A stretch of 63,792 nt of DNA, the filler included, from Octopus bimaculoides (taxonomy: Eukaryota), in NCBI RefSeq assembly GCF_001194135.2. It is 6 parts of 5 records of this genome, joined end to end, with 100 filler letters (N's around TTAATTAATTAA, not from the genome) between each part and the next. Parts side by side here need not be neighbours in the genome. Positions count along the whole stretch, not along the records: positions 13,822 to 32,751 come from NC_069005.1; positions 32,852 to 54,173 come from NC_068981.1; 4 more parts are not named here. One strand, 5' to 3'. This document shows positions 25,583-38,228 of the stretch, one piece after another. Position 1 is the first letter of the stretch. Every line of letters starts with the position of its first letter. The notes below the pieces were generated by a model that saw nothing but the letters and a program-made list of their open reading frames with translations, was not told where the DNA came from and made no database searches. The position numbers and the translations under genes were made by a program.

Positions 25583-25812
25583 TGTGTGTGTGTGTGTGTG
25601 TGTGTGTATTTGCGCTTGTCCCCCACCACCGCTTGATAATCAGTGTTGATATGTTTAAGTTCCCTCAACTTAGCAGTTCAGCATGAGAGACCAATAGAAT
25701 AAATACTTACTCGGCTTTAAAAAGTGCTGGGGGTCTATTTCTTTGACGAAAACCTTACAGGGCGTTGCCCCAGCATGGCCGCGGCCAAATGACTGAAGCT
25801 AGTAAAAAGAAA
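25583..25812 (+). mobile_element. SINE 3' half (CORE-like family)
   Basis: Reverse-complement homology to 12558-12780. Confidence 0.8.
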
Positions 25813-25828
25813 ATGCTATATATGTGTA

Positions 25829-26064
25829 ATTTCTTTACTCCCCACAAGGGGCTACACACAGAGGGGACAAACAAAGACAGACAAACGGATTAAGTCGATT
25901 ATATCGACCCCAGTGCGTCACTGGTACTTATTTAATCGACCCCGAAAGGATGAAAGGCAAAGTCGAACTCAGCGGAATTTGAACTCAGAACTTAGCGGCA
26001 GACGAAATACCGCTAAGCATTTCGCCCGGCGTGCTAACGGTTCTGCCAGCTCCTCGCCGCCTTA
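25829..26064 (-). mobile_element. full-length SINE (Meta-like family, alternative tail)
   Basis: Same head and core as 25323-25541, but a different 3' tail (TCCGTTTGTCTGTC...CCCCTTGTGGGGAGTAAAGAAAT). Confidence 0.92.
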
Positions 26065-26265
26065 AATATTCCTAAATGGTATATGTGTGTGTAGTGGTTC
26101 AATCTCTATCCCTGTGTATTATGCATGTTTATATTACATATATAGCATATGTGTGTGTGTGAGCGTGTATAACACAAACTAATATATGTAAGCATATATA
26201 TATATATATGTATACATACATACGTACACATATATATATATATATATATACATACATACGTACAC

Positions 26266-26304
<39 letters not shown>

Positions 26305-26362
26305 NNNNNNNNNNNNNNNNNNNNNNNNNNNNNNNNNNNNNNNNNNNNNNNNNNNNNNATAA

Positions 26363-26402
<40 letters not shown>

Positions 26403-26767
26403 ATATATTTTTTTATATATATATATACATATATATAATTAGCTTAATGATGCTGGGCCAGTGCCCTGCTACTCTGGAGTTTCCACATTGTGCAACTGCT
26501 TTTCAGGCAAGTCAAAAGATATATATATATATATATATACATGTGTGTGATTGTGTGTGTGTGTAAAATTTATATNNNNNNNNNNNNNNNNNNNNNNNNN
26601 NNNNNNNNNNNNNNNNNNNNNNNNNNNNNNNNNNNNNNNNNNNNNNNNNNNNNNNNNNNNNNNNNNNNNNNNNNNNNNNNNNNNNNNNNNNNNNNNNNNN
26701 NNNNNNNNNNNNTCTGTGCTTCTCCATACGTGTGTGTATGTAAATATGAGCGTTTAACCACACGCAC

Positions 26768-26807
<40 letters not shown>

Positions 26808-26839
26808 CTTTATAGAAAGATAGAGTGTTGTCGGTGTTG

Positions 26840-27907
26840 AAGAAGGAGAGTAAGGAGGAGAGAAATGGTGAGAGAGGGAGAGACAGACAAAGAGAGAAGG
26901 AGAAAGAGAGAGAGAGGGGGGAAGAAGGAGAGAGAAGGTGTTTTAAGTTATAATATTTTGATGGAATTGGCTGGAATGAGTGGTGGAACGGAGGGGGTGA
27001 AGGTGAGGGAATGTTGGAGATGGTCGAGGGGCGGGGGTAAGATGAGGGTAGGGTAGGGACGAAGGAGGAGGAGTGTTAAGAATGGCAACGGAAAGATTGC
27101 AATGTCGTTGTTGGTGGTGGTGGTGGTGTTGATTGAACAGCGATGGTGGCGACGGGGATGATGATTGTGGCATGGTGGTGACTGCGATGTTTGTGATGAT
27201 GATGATTGTAGAAATGACTGTGGAGATTATTGTAGTAGCAGGGTTGAGGCCATGTGACGCTTGAGCCATAGAAGAGGGGGGAGGAGAAAGAAAGAAAGAA
27301 AGAAAGAGAAGATCGAGTCTGGAGGAGGAAGACGAGAATATGATAATGAACAAAGTTTTCAGAGGTATCGATAATGATGATGATGAGGAGGAGGAGGAGG
27401 AGGAGGAGGAGGAGGACAATTGTGATAAATATAATGGTGGTGATGATAACGATAGTGAGAAGGTGTGTAAAGAGGAGGAGGGGAGGAGGAGGAGGAGTGT
27501 GTCCAAGTGTGTCGGGGGGGAGGAGAAAGAAGAGGAGGAGGGTTCGAATGAGTGGCACTCAGTGGAACGCCACCAGTTGGCTCATATAAAAGCCACGGAG
27601 AGACCCTGTGCCGTCAGTCGTTGCAAAAACCACTGCCAGGCAACACACACAAGTGTTGTACACTCTTTCTCTCTCTTCTCTCCTTTCTTTCTCTCTTTCG
27701 AACTCCCTCTCTCTCTTAGACCATCTCTCTCTCTCTCTCTCTCTTTTATTACCTATATATATATATATACACATATATATACATCTCTCCACACACCTCT
27801 CTACCCTGTTATCTCCCTTCCTTAACCCTTTCCGTCTACTTTCTCATGCCATCGCCTTCCTTCTTTACTCTTTCTTCCCTTTTTACCCTCATATTACTAC
27901 CACTACT

Positions 27908-27938
<31 letters not shown>

Positions 27939-27940
27939 AC
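26840..27940. repeat. low-complexity block of (GA)n, (GGT)n, (GAG)n, (CT)n and (CTA)n tracts
   Basis: Directly visible; the source of several spurious ORFs. Confidence 0.9.
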
Positions 27941-27984
27941 ACCACTTGTTAGCTGGGCGGAACGCTGGAATCGGTCTGGTCCCG

Positions 27985-27998
27985 TGATGACGTCATCA
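27985..27998. promoter_or_regulatory. extended palindromic CRE motif
   Basis: TGATGACGTCATCA containing TGACGTCA, in unique CpG-rich sequence. Motif only. Confidence 0.25.
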
Positions 27999-28549
27999 TT
28001 GCAACGTGTTTCTCACCTCCGGCACCAAGACGTCTTTTTTCTGTTTCATTTGACACCAACGTGAATAAGCACGACATTTACGGAGACATGTGGCGCCATC
28101 TGTGGACGTGTTTTTTCTAACCTTTACCAACCTTTCAACTGTTTCACCTCTGACAATGATTTCTCCAGCCTGACCAGTCCTTCGATCCACTGACCTGGAC
28201 TATTTCAGCCGTTTTATAAATTAATTATTTTTTAATTAATTTTAAAAATATTTTGGTACGAAACCGTTTGGTGGCTCCTGACCAGAACACAGCAAGATCG
28301 AGAACAGAAAATAAAAAAGAAAACAAACAAAAAAGTACAAAAAAAAACTTTGAGAAATTTTAAGCATCGCAATTCATTGATCAGATATTGATGAGAAATT
28401 ACTGATGATGCGATTGATGACGATAAACATGATGATGATGATAATGATGATGATGACGATGAATTCCAACAGAATCGATAATGACGATGACAACATGAAG
28501 GACAATTTGTAACACTTGAGGAAAAAAACTCCCAACTACATACTGTGAG

Positions 28550-28581
<32 letters not shown>

Positions 28582-29085
28582 NNNNNNNNNNNNNNNNNNN
28601 NNNNNNNNNNNNNNNNNNNNNNNNNNNNNNNNNNNNNNNNNNNNNNNNNNNNNNNNNNNNNNNNNNNNNNNNNNNNNNNNNNNNNNNNNNNNNNNNNNNN
28701 NNNNNNNNNNNNNNNNNNNNNNNNNNNNNNNNNNNNNNNNNNNNNNNNNNNNNNNNNNNNNNNNNNNNNNNNNNNNNNNNNNNNNNNNNNNNNNNNNNNN
28801 NNNNNNNNNNNNNNNNNNNNNNNNNNNNNNNNNNNNNNNNNNNNNNNNNNNNNNNNNNNNNNNNNNNNNNNNNNNNNNNNNNNNNNNNNNNNNNNNNNNN
28901 NNNNNNNNNNNNNNNNNNNNNNNNNNNNNNNNNNNNNNNNNNNNNNNNNNNNNNNNNNNNNNNNNNNNNNNNNNNNNNNNNNNNNNNNNNNNNNNNNNNN
29001 NNNNNNNNNNNNNNNNNNNNNNNNNNNNNNNNNNNNNNNNNNNNNNNNNNNNNNNNNNNNNNNNNNNNNNNNNNNNNNNNNNNNN

Positions 29086-29123
<38 letters not shown>

Positions 29124-30699
29124 TGTGTCTGTGTGTGTATGCGTATACACATTATATATGCACACTCGCTTGCACTTCCTTTTTTATTCTATTGAAATTA
29201 TCAACAATCGATAACGACAGCAACAACAACAACAAGATCGAAATAGAATGAAAAATGAGAGAAGAATGGAACAATCATTTCGGACGAATATATTGCGTTA
29301 ATGGCACAATGCTGCCGTTGGCTGCGTTTGTTTAGAGGACAAACCATTACAGCAGTCGTAGAGTCCATTGCAGACATCGACGTGTCCCGACATCGTGAAT
29401 GAAGCTGCTGACTACTAAAAGCAACATAAATTTATATATCTATTTTATTTTATTTTTTAAAAAAATATTTCACTGAATTCTAGAAAATTTGTGGCAGTAA
29501 CATTAATGTATTTTAAATCGCTGTTGAGACATTAATTTTAGATTTCAATTAGAAATTTAATTATCATATATGATTGACCTTTACCATTTGTTGCTGCTGA
29601 ACACTCTTGTATACATCTATATTTATACACACACATCCCATTATATACATCTTTGTATGTTTTGTATGTGTATATATAGAGAGAGACATCGATACGTACG
29701 ATTGTCGTGAAATTTAACCGAAAGAGGAAAAATTGACGAAACAAGATGAACGAAGAGAAAATAAACGAGTGATAAATACAGGAATGAAGGAATAACAGAA
29801 TAAAGGAATGAAAAGGATGTAAAACAAAGAATGAAATGATTCCGGGATGAAACACGTGATAATGATGATATGTCGATGATGATAATGATGATGATGAACG
29901 GGAAGACAGACCTGAAAGTTGACATAATGAAGAAGGAAGAGAAAGAGACCAGAGTGCAATGAAGATTTGCCCTAATTAACATCCTAATTAAGAAGTTCGA
30001 CGCAGCAGCGAGGAGAGAGGGAGAGAGGCGTTTGTTAGCAACTGTTACTCCAGGAGACGCATTCAGGTAGTACAACTATAAGCTTTTACTGCATTACTGC
30101 CACCACATCACCATAATTATCATCATCATCATCATTATCATCGTCATCATCATTAACAACACCATAAATGCCACACACAACCAATCACACTCACCAAAAT
30201 AGCTCCATCGTTGTCTATTTTTTGCATCATCTCCGTAGAGCAAGAGGTAAGCTCCGAGAAACGAGTCAATACGACATAGCGATTTCGATCCCAGCTTGAA
30301 ACGAATTTACCTGAAAAATGCAAATCCTATTTCGCTATTTGTGGTGTTTCGTCTCAAATCCAACAACAATATCATCATTTTCTGAAATAGCACCTTGACT
30401 GATACTGTAGCCTATACACTACAACTAGCACCTGTACCAAACACTCTAAGTACCACTACCGTCACATCTGCTGCTTCTAGCACTGCTATTGTCAAATAAT
30501 TGAGCTTACTCTAATTGCTTATGTTTTAATTAACAGAACAACAACAACAATAACTACTACTACTATTGCTTTTACTGTTGCTGCTGCTGATGTTGCTACC
30601 TTAGTGAATTAGTATGTAATTACTGCTATTAACTGTTTGTCATCATCATCATTTTTACTATCGTCATCGCCAACACCACCATCAACTAGACGACTACTA

Positions 30700-30734
<35 letters not shown>

Positions 30735-30890
30735 AATACTACTACTACTATTACTACCACTACTACTACTGCTAGATCAATACTGATATTTTTCTTAAAA
30801 AGTAGCGAAGTGAATAACTGAGCTGGACAGAAATAACAAAACTTCGAGTTTTTGTAGTACAACAATACTTGCTGCTGCTGCTGCCGCCGT

Positions 30891-30931
<41 letters not shown>

Positions 30932-32697
30932 GCAGAAATGCTTCAACGTCCCTTTTTCTCTCAATCTCAAAAGTTGTAATTGTCCGATAACAGACGGGAA
31001 AGGATTCAAAGAAAGCAAAAAAAAAAAAGGTTGGGGGGGGGGGAAATGGAAGTTGAATGAAAAGAAAAGAAAGAAGAAAGAGGGGTGGGAACAAGGGGAC
31101 AAAAAGGGTCTTTTTGTATTATTTATGAAGTGTTGGGGGCCGGAAGAAAATTAAGAAAACAAAAAAGAAATTGTGGGGAGGCGGTGTAAAAGAAAGGAAA
31201 AAAAGGGAAAGAATGAACTTTGGTTGGTGATCATGTTTGATAATGTTGTTTGATAATGTTTGATAATGTTTGATAAGGCCAAGGTATTTCAAAGGATGAT
31301 AATGTGTTGGGGAGTGAGGAGGTAAGATGTGAAAGTGAAAGTTATAGTGTCAGTGGTGATGGTGGGAGGAGGAGGTGGGGAAGTGAAAGTAGAGAGCAAG
31401 ACTAAGAGTAAATTATAGAAAGAGGGGGGTTGGAGCTGAAGGAGAGAATGAGTGTGGGTGCGTGTGTGAAAAGATGACAAAAAGAGAGTGGCGAGAGTGA
31501 TGAAGAAGAAGAAGACGAAGAAAAACAAGAAAAAGGACGAAATTCATTAAAATGAAGACTAAAAACCAAAAAGAACGGTTAATGAAAAAGTAGGATCATC
31601 ATCATCATCATCAACATCGACATTTGTGGCGCTGTCCAGCAGAAAGAGTAGCAGCAACAGCAGCAGCAGCAGCAGCAATTTCAAGGTGTATAAAAATGTG
31701 GTTAATGATGGGCGGAGCCTTATCACCAATGGAATCACCAAGTCACACCTCTTTTATCTGACATCGCTCCTCCTACTTCCCCCTCCTTCTCTCCTTGTGA
31801 CGTCCAAACTTTTAAGATTCAACCCACCTCAACGTTCACCTATTGACCCAGCCTCTTCCTCCTCCTTCTTCTCTAACTACTCCACCTTCTCTATCCCCCC
31901 CTGCTCTTTCTTCATTCTTTTACACACTGTCCACAGAAGCTGTCCTGCCTCACTTCACTACAAAGTCTGGCTCCACGCTTACAGACACAAGATGCTCTCC
32001 AGACTAAGAAAAAGAATTTTCCAGCAAACCGTATTCCTACCTGCTCAGCCATTCTAACAGTTTCAGCAGCCCAAGAACAGACAGACAGGCAGACAGACGG
32101 AAGCATATGCATTACCTGTTATATATATATATATATATATTTATTTATATATATATATATATATACACACACATGTATATACTCAACCATATATATATAT
32201 ATATATATATATATAGATATATATATATAGACATATAGATATATATATATATAATGTGTCGATTGTGTGAGAATTCCACAGACCAGAAGGAACTGAAACG
32301 AAGATAAGACCCACTTCAGTTGGCGATTGATAGAAATCGATTTCGATTGATTTCACTTTTCCATGCGGCAAGAATGAAACTTGTTGAATTAGAAAAACAA
32401 CCGAGGAATTCTGACCAGGCATTGAAAAAAAGGGAGATGAGGGAGCGCTGAGTGTCCCGAAATGTGGGGCCTGTCTGTGGGAAAGAATGGAGACAACAGA
32501 GGGAGACGGAAAGCAGCGGCAGTGATGAAGATGACGGCGGCGAAGGAGGCGGAGGAGGCAAGTCGGTGGTTGTGGCCCTCTCGGCTCTTGTGCACTTGGA
32601 GAGGACGATGAAGAAAAGAGACAAAGAAGAAAAAAAGAACTAATATATATGTGTGTGTGTGAATTGTGCACATACGTATATCATAAATGTATGTATG

Positions 32698-32751
<54 letters not shown>

Positions 32752-32851
32752 NNNNNNNNNNNNNNNNNNNNNNNNNNNNNNNNNNNNNNNNNNNNTTAAT
32801 TAATTAANNNNNNNNNNNNNNNNNNNNNNNNNNNNNNNNNNNNNNNNNNNN

Positions 32852-33022
32852 TTACTAGTGTTAGCATGTAGTCTACTATTAAAATGTACTTTATTATTTT
32901 TCTTATTAGTTAAATTTTTAGGCATATAGGGTTGCTTTTTATTTGGTCCATTATTACTACTACTTAAGTTATTAGGTTTGTGATAACATCTATGATTATT
33001 ATTATTATTATTATCATTATTA

Positions 33023-33086
<64 letters not shown>

Positions 33087-34377
33087 CTGCATCAAGGAGA
33101 GATGTCCTACCAGGACTAAGGAAAGAAATTTTTTGGGTATATCCTGCTTTAGACAAAGCCTCATTATAGTAGTTAGAATTAGAATTAAATATATCAATGT
33201 TGGAAGATAATCTAGTAATTCTCTCAGAAATACTTTTAACTATAGAATTTAATACATTTGGTGGATGATTGGATAATCTACTTACATATCTAGTAACTTC
33301 ATTCTCTTTTCTATATGGGTGGTATAATCCAGCTTCTATGTTAAGAGTGGTATCTAAAAAATTTACAATCTTAGTACTATATTCGTATGTAATATTTAAG
33401 TTAAAACTTTAAAAAAATTTTTTAATTTTCTTTCTTATTCTCTCAATGAATGATTTATTATTACTAGGGATGATGAATAAAGCATCATCCCTATATAGAC
33501 CGCCTTTTAGCTCCGGGATTTCTTTATTTAAGCAATATAAGAGGTAAGCTCCTACTAGATTCGTAATTTTAGCCGAATCGCTCGACCCCATTGGTATATC
33601 AAAATTTTCTGGGGTATCGGCTCTAGTCCAGAGCTTGCTATCAAATTCAATAATAGTTCTTCTAGCTAACAAAATTATGTCTATCTTATCTTTAGTAATG
33701 AGGCAGCGATTCATAGCAAAAATGAGAGCCTTATTTAGGAGAATAGGGGATATGCTAGAATAATAGCTATTTATGTCAAATTGAATAAATGAAAAGTTAC
33801 CAGTGTTGTCAATAGATTTAAACCAGTTTAGTGCTTCTTCAGTATTATTCCATAACTTTAAGGATAAATTAGGAATTATAAGAGGTAGAATATTGTCTAG
33901 TATAAGTTTACTAAGTCTGCCAATGTCAGACCTAGATGGGCAAATTAGTCTCACAGTTGGGTTATCCTGGAAGTTCTTCTTGTGGTCTTTCAAGTTAATA
34001 TGCTGAAAATAGATGCTAAATCATCTAGGCTCAGCTGGAACCAGTGGTTCAGTTCTATCAATTAAGTCATAGTCCTGCATAATTTTCTTAATTTTTAAAT
34101 TGATTTCCGATAGATTTCTTTTAGAGGTTATTTTGTATTTGGAGTTAAGTTCCTTCATGATCAGTTTTTTGTAAGTAGTATAATCCAGTCTGTACAAATT
34201 TCCAGTTTTGTCAGCAGGGACTAGAATACCCGATTTATTCTGTATTGACTTGATCAATTCCTTAAGCTTTCTTAGATGTAAATTTTTCCTAAGTGGGTTA
34301 GGAGGTGGATTTTTTCTACTTTTAAATATCTTCTTATAGTAGTTCTTATCTAGTGTTTCAGAGGTTGGGTTTTTCAT
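32852..34377 (-). pseudogene. Penelope-like element reverse transcriptase, young, two stops in one frame
   Basis: VPADKTGNLY, LKDHKKNF..P..RLICPSRSDIG, FDINSYYSSI, PMGSSDS, GGLYRDDAL, VNFLDTTL and SNHPP. The ORF pieces 34377, 33993 and 33156 are co-phased. The stops are a TGA in a 24-bp insertion and a TAA at 33409-33411. The 3' end is lost at the scaffold gap. Confidence 0.95.
32995..33086. repeat. (ATT)n microsatellite, in frame as poly-Asn in the Penelope ORF
   Basis: Directly visible. Confidence 0.95.
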
Positions 34378-34581
34378 CTTGTTTAATGTAATGCTCGCAT
34401 TACTTAAATAAATGGAGTAGCATGAAACGTGCGTACTGCAACCATCTTTGAAATCCGTGTTGCTTATTTTGATTTTTTGATCACATAGTTTTTGGAATGG
34501 TTTTTATATAATACCATACCATACTATATTCTGGTGCCTAAACATAAGTACCATATTCAATTTTTGAATCTAAATCTAAAC

Positions 34582-34618
<37 letters not shown>

Positions 34619-34742
34619 GACCGCCTTTGGATTTAACCATCCCTTAGAAGTTTTAAACACCTCTAACTTATACCTATATATATAATATAAATAATATATC
34701 TATATATATGTATATAATATAAATAATATATATATATATATT

Positions 34743-34793
<51 letters not shown>

Positions 34794-34796
34794 GCA

Positions 34797-35185
34797 TATA
34801 TGGGTACAGGATGTCACCAACTGTAAACAACATGAAGTATGAAAACAAGCGAGTTAAGTACACAAACAATGAGACAAAAAAAATTGAAAACAGGACAAGT
34901 AGAACAAAGAATGACTTTTTATCTGTTGTCGGCTGTCTATCTACTCATCATTTCAAGCATTCAATGACAATATGAGTTTCTGATGACAGTTGCTCCCATA
35001 ACTTACAAAATAAATTTTGGATTTTATGGAGGGTCAAATTTGGGAACAAAAACAGGACAGTGGCGACAATACAAGGAAACTGACCAGGCAAAAAGAGAAA
35101 AATTTTTTTGACAATATGCTGAAAATAGACGCTAAATCATCTAATTGTATTTATAATTTTCACCTTAAAAGGTAATTTTCCTTAT
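34797..35185. mobile_element. interspersed repeat, possibly a Penelope-associated terminal region
   Basis: Begins right after a TA/CA microsatellite and shares 31 bp with the adjacent Penelope locus. The family assignment is by pattern recognition only. Confidence 0.45.
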
Positions 35186-35776
35186 ATTGAAGTATATATA
35201 TATATTTGGGAAGTTTATATATATATATGAATGTATGTGTGTGTGTGTGCATTTTGGAAGTTAAAAGTTATGGCTGGCCATAGAGTGACCATTGGTTTTG
35301 TACCTATAAAGTACTTAGCAATACAGACAACTTTTCAGACTCAGGTGGCTGAAAGTGCATACATTATTACTCTAATGCTTACAATATACTTCTTTTTCAG
35401 ATATATGAACTACTGATGATACACACACACTCACACACACACACACATTTTGTTGTGACTAGGGAGAGTCATTACTCCAATGTTAATAACACATGCACCA
35501 ATTCAATTCCATTTCTTTATTATTTATCAATTGGTTAATATCTACCTAACTAGCTAATCAATCATTTACTTAACTTCGTTAAACAATCAACTGTTTGTTT
35601 TGTTTTTTGTTTTACTCATCAAATGAGCTGCTTAGGTATTTAACCACTTGACTAAATAATAAAGGAGTAGAACTGAACCAGTGCATTGGTATAATGACTG
35701 TCCCCAGACACAACAAAATTTGTTTCAACACATGAATTCACGAAGAGAATCTCGAAAACTATATATACATGCATAT

Positions 35777-35809
<33 letters not shown>

Positions 35810-36447
35810 CATACATACATACATACATGTATATATATATATATANNNNNNNNNNNNNNNNNNNNNNNNNNNNNNNNNNNNNNNNNNNNNNNNNNNNNNN
35901 NNNNNNNNNNNNNNNNNNNNNNNNNNNNNNNNNNNNNNNNNNNNNNNNNNNNNNNNNNNNNNNNNNNNNNNNNNNNNNNNNNNNNNNNNNNNNNNNNNNN
36001 NNNNNNNNNNNNNNNNNNNNNNNNNNNNNNNNNNNNNNNNNNNNNNNNNNNNNNNNNNNNNNNNNNNNNNNNNNNNNNNNNNNNNNNNNNNNNNNNNNNN
36101 NNNNNNNNNNNNNNNNNNNNNNNNNNNNNNNNNNNNNNNNNNNNNNNNNNNNNNNNNNNNNNNNNNNNNNNNNNNNNNNNNNNNNNNNNNNNNNNNNNNN
36201 NNNNNNNNNNNNNNNNNNNNNNNNNNNNNNNNNNNNNNNNNNNNNNNNNNNNNNNNNNNNNNNNNNNNNNNNNNNNNNNNNNNNNNNNNNNNNNNNNNNN
36301 NNNNNNNNNNNNNNNNNNNNNNNNNNNNNNNNNTATACATATATTTATATGTGTATCTATATATACATATATTTATATGTGTGTATATATATATATATAT
36401 ATACACATACATATATTTATATGTATATATGAGTGAGTGGATGAATG

Positions 36448-36645
36448 AAAGAAAGAGGCATTCACACACTTGGTAAGAGTTACATATATTATCATCTAAT
36501 AATATTGATTGCTCAGACGTCACAAGCTACAATCATAAACAAGCTTTTGAAACTTTAAGCTGTATGGAGCCAAATCAAAATATTATTAAATAAATGTATT
36601 AAATATATGTAACCCCTACCAAGTGTGTTGAATGCCTCTTTCTTT
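36448..36645. repeat. about 200-bp imperfect foldback
   Basis: AAAGAAAGAGGCATTCACACACTTGGTAAGAGTTACATATATT is inverted as AATATATGTAACCCCTACCAAGTGTGTTGAATGCCTCTTTCTTT, with weaker pairing further in. Confidence 0.85.
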
Positions 36646-37181
36646 TGTTTATCAACTCACTTGTACCAGTATTTCAGACTGTTGAGTTCCCTTCACATAC
36701 ATCTGAAATATATATCTTTTTCTTCTTCTTATCATAATCCTCATCATTTATATAATATACTCTCATGATTGCTAATTTATCTCTCCAATTCTGGAAGGTT
36801 ATTGATGTGAAACCATTTAGTATCATTAGCTGGCCTTCTGACTATAGTATTATTAAAATAATAATATGCCTGCAATCTTATTTTTCCAGGTTCATGAAAA
36901 CTTATTGGATATTTATATATGCAACAAAACCTTTCTAAACTAGAAGCCTTTAAATTAGTACTATCCCAGTCAGAATTAGAATCCCTATGAAGGAAAATCA
37001 CACTATATCAATGTTTGGTATAGTATAAAAAGCATAACCAGCAAAACCAAGAAATCAAGAACTACTTAACAAGTTCAACCCTACAAGATTGGAGAACAAT
37101 TTAAAACAAGAGCACAAGATATAAAAGATTCACAAACAATAAGCAGATCAAACTTATATTTCCATCATCATTTGCTTAATG

Positions 37182-37432
37182 CAATGGTTCTCAATTTTTT
37201 ACCAATGGACCCATTTGCTCCCTATTTTACAGGGGTGGACCTTGATAGCCATTCAATGTTTAAAAAATCCCATTATATTTTTAGAATTAAATATTATTAG
37301 GAATTGCATAAGAAATTAAGATATTTGGTGTACTGAAGAATTATAAGTAATTAATTTGTATGTAAATTTTAACAAAGAAAAACTTAATATGGACCCCCAA
37401 GGGTCATATGGACTTTGGCTGAAAAACCACTG
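37182..37432. mobile_element. hAT (Charlie-type) MITE
   Basis: TIRs CAATGGTTCTCAA and TGAAAAACCACTG. The 8-bp TSD GCTTAATG/ACATAATG matches 6/8 with central TA. Internally homologous to 51052-51338. Confidence 0.8.
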
Positions 37433-38161
37433 ACATAATGGATATCATTATGGTTTTGTGAGAAAATATCAACAGTATGTAATTAAAAAAATTAAAGAAT
37501 TCAGAAAGAATAAGAATTTGAAATTTACAAATGATTATCTTACCTGATATCTATATGATTCACAGAAATACGATGACTGATGTCTAGTAGACTCTTGGAA
37601 CTTTGGTGCTTTGAAACGTGTCCTCACCACTTTAATCCAGTCAGTTAAATCAATAAGCCAATACATTTCAGCAATTATTTGACAATAGATAAAATTAAGT
37701 GTCTTTGGGTTCCTTTAGATCAGTTTTTTGAAATACATTCGTTAATAAATTGAAATTTGTAGAATGCTTGGATATCTTTTAAATATTACTGAAAACAAAT
37801 TGGTATCATTATTGTTTTGCTGATGTCTTATCCTTTTATAAATAGTTACTAAGCATATTTTTTGCTTTTGGGATAGTTTACTTCAGGGAAAACTGCATTT
37901 AGCTTGGAGATGGTAAAGTAAGAATAGCATGAAATATATGTAGAAATAATTGCAGACAATTGAATGTTTTCATATGTTGTTTTCATTTTTGTGATGATAC
38001 TCTCAAGAAAATTAATAGGTCAATTAAATCCTTATGTCATATTCTAAATGACATATATTTAATCGACTTGAAAAAAAACTGTTTTGGTACTTCATAAGCC
38101 ATTTTGAAAAATAATTTAATTACTAAAGGATGAAACATGTGATATGAAGTTTTTTCTCCTC

Positions 38162-38228
<67 letters not shown>

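Noticed and set aside
31689-31730. TATAAAA, GGGCGG and CCAAT within 45 bp
   Set aside because: The order is reversed for a plus-strand promoter, there is no TATA on the minus strand, and the context is low-complexity.
34921-34990. CTGATGA (+) and GAAAC/stem III-like pairing (-) in the 34.8-35.2-kb repeat
   Set aside because: The core elements lie on opposite strands and cannot form one hammerhead.
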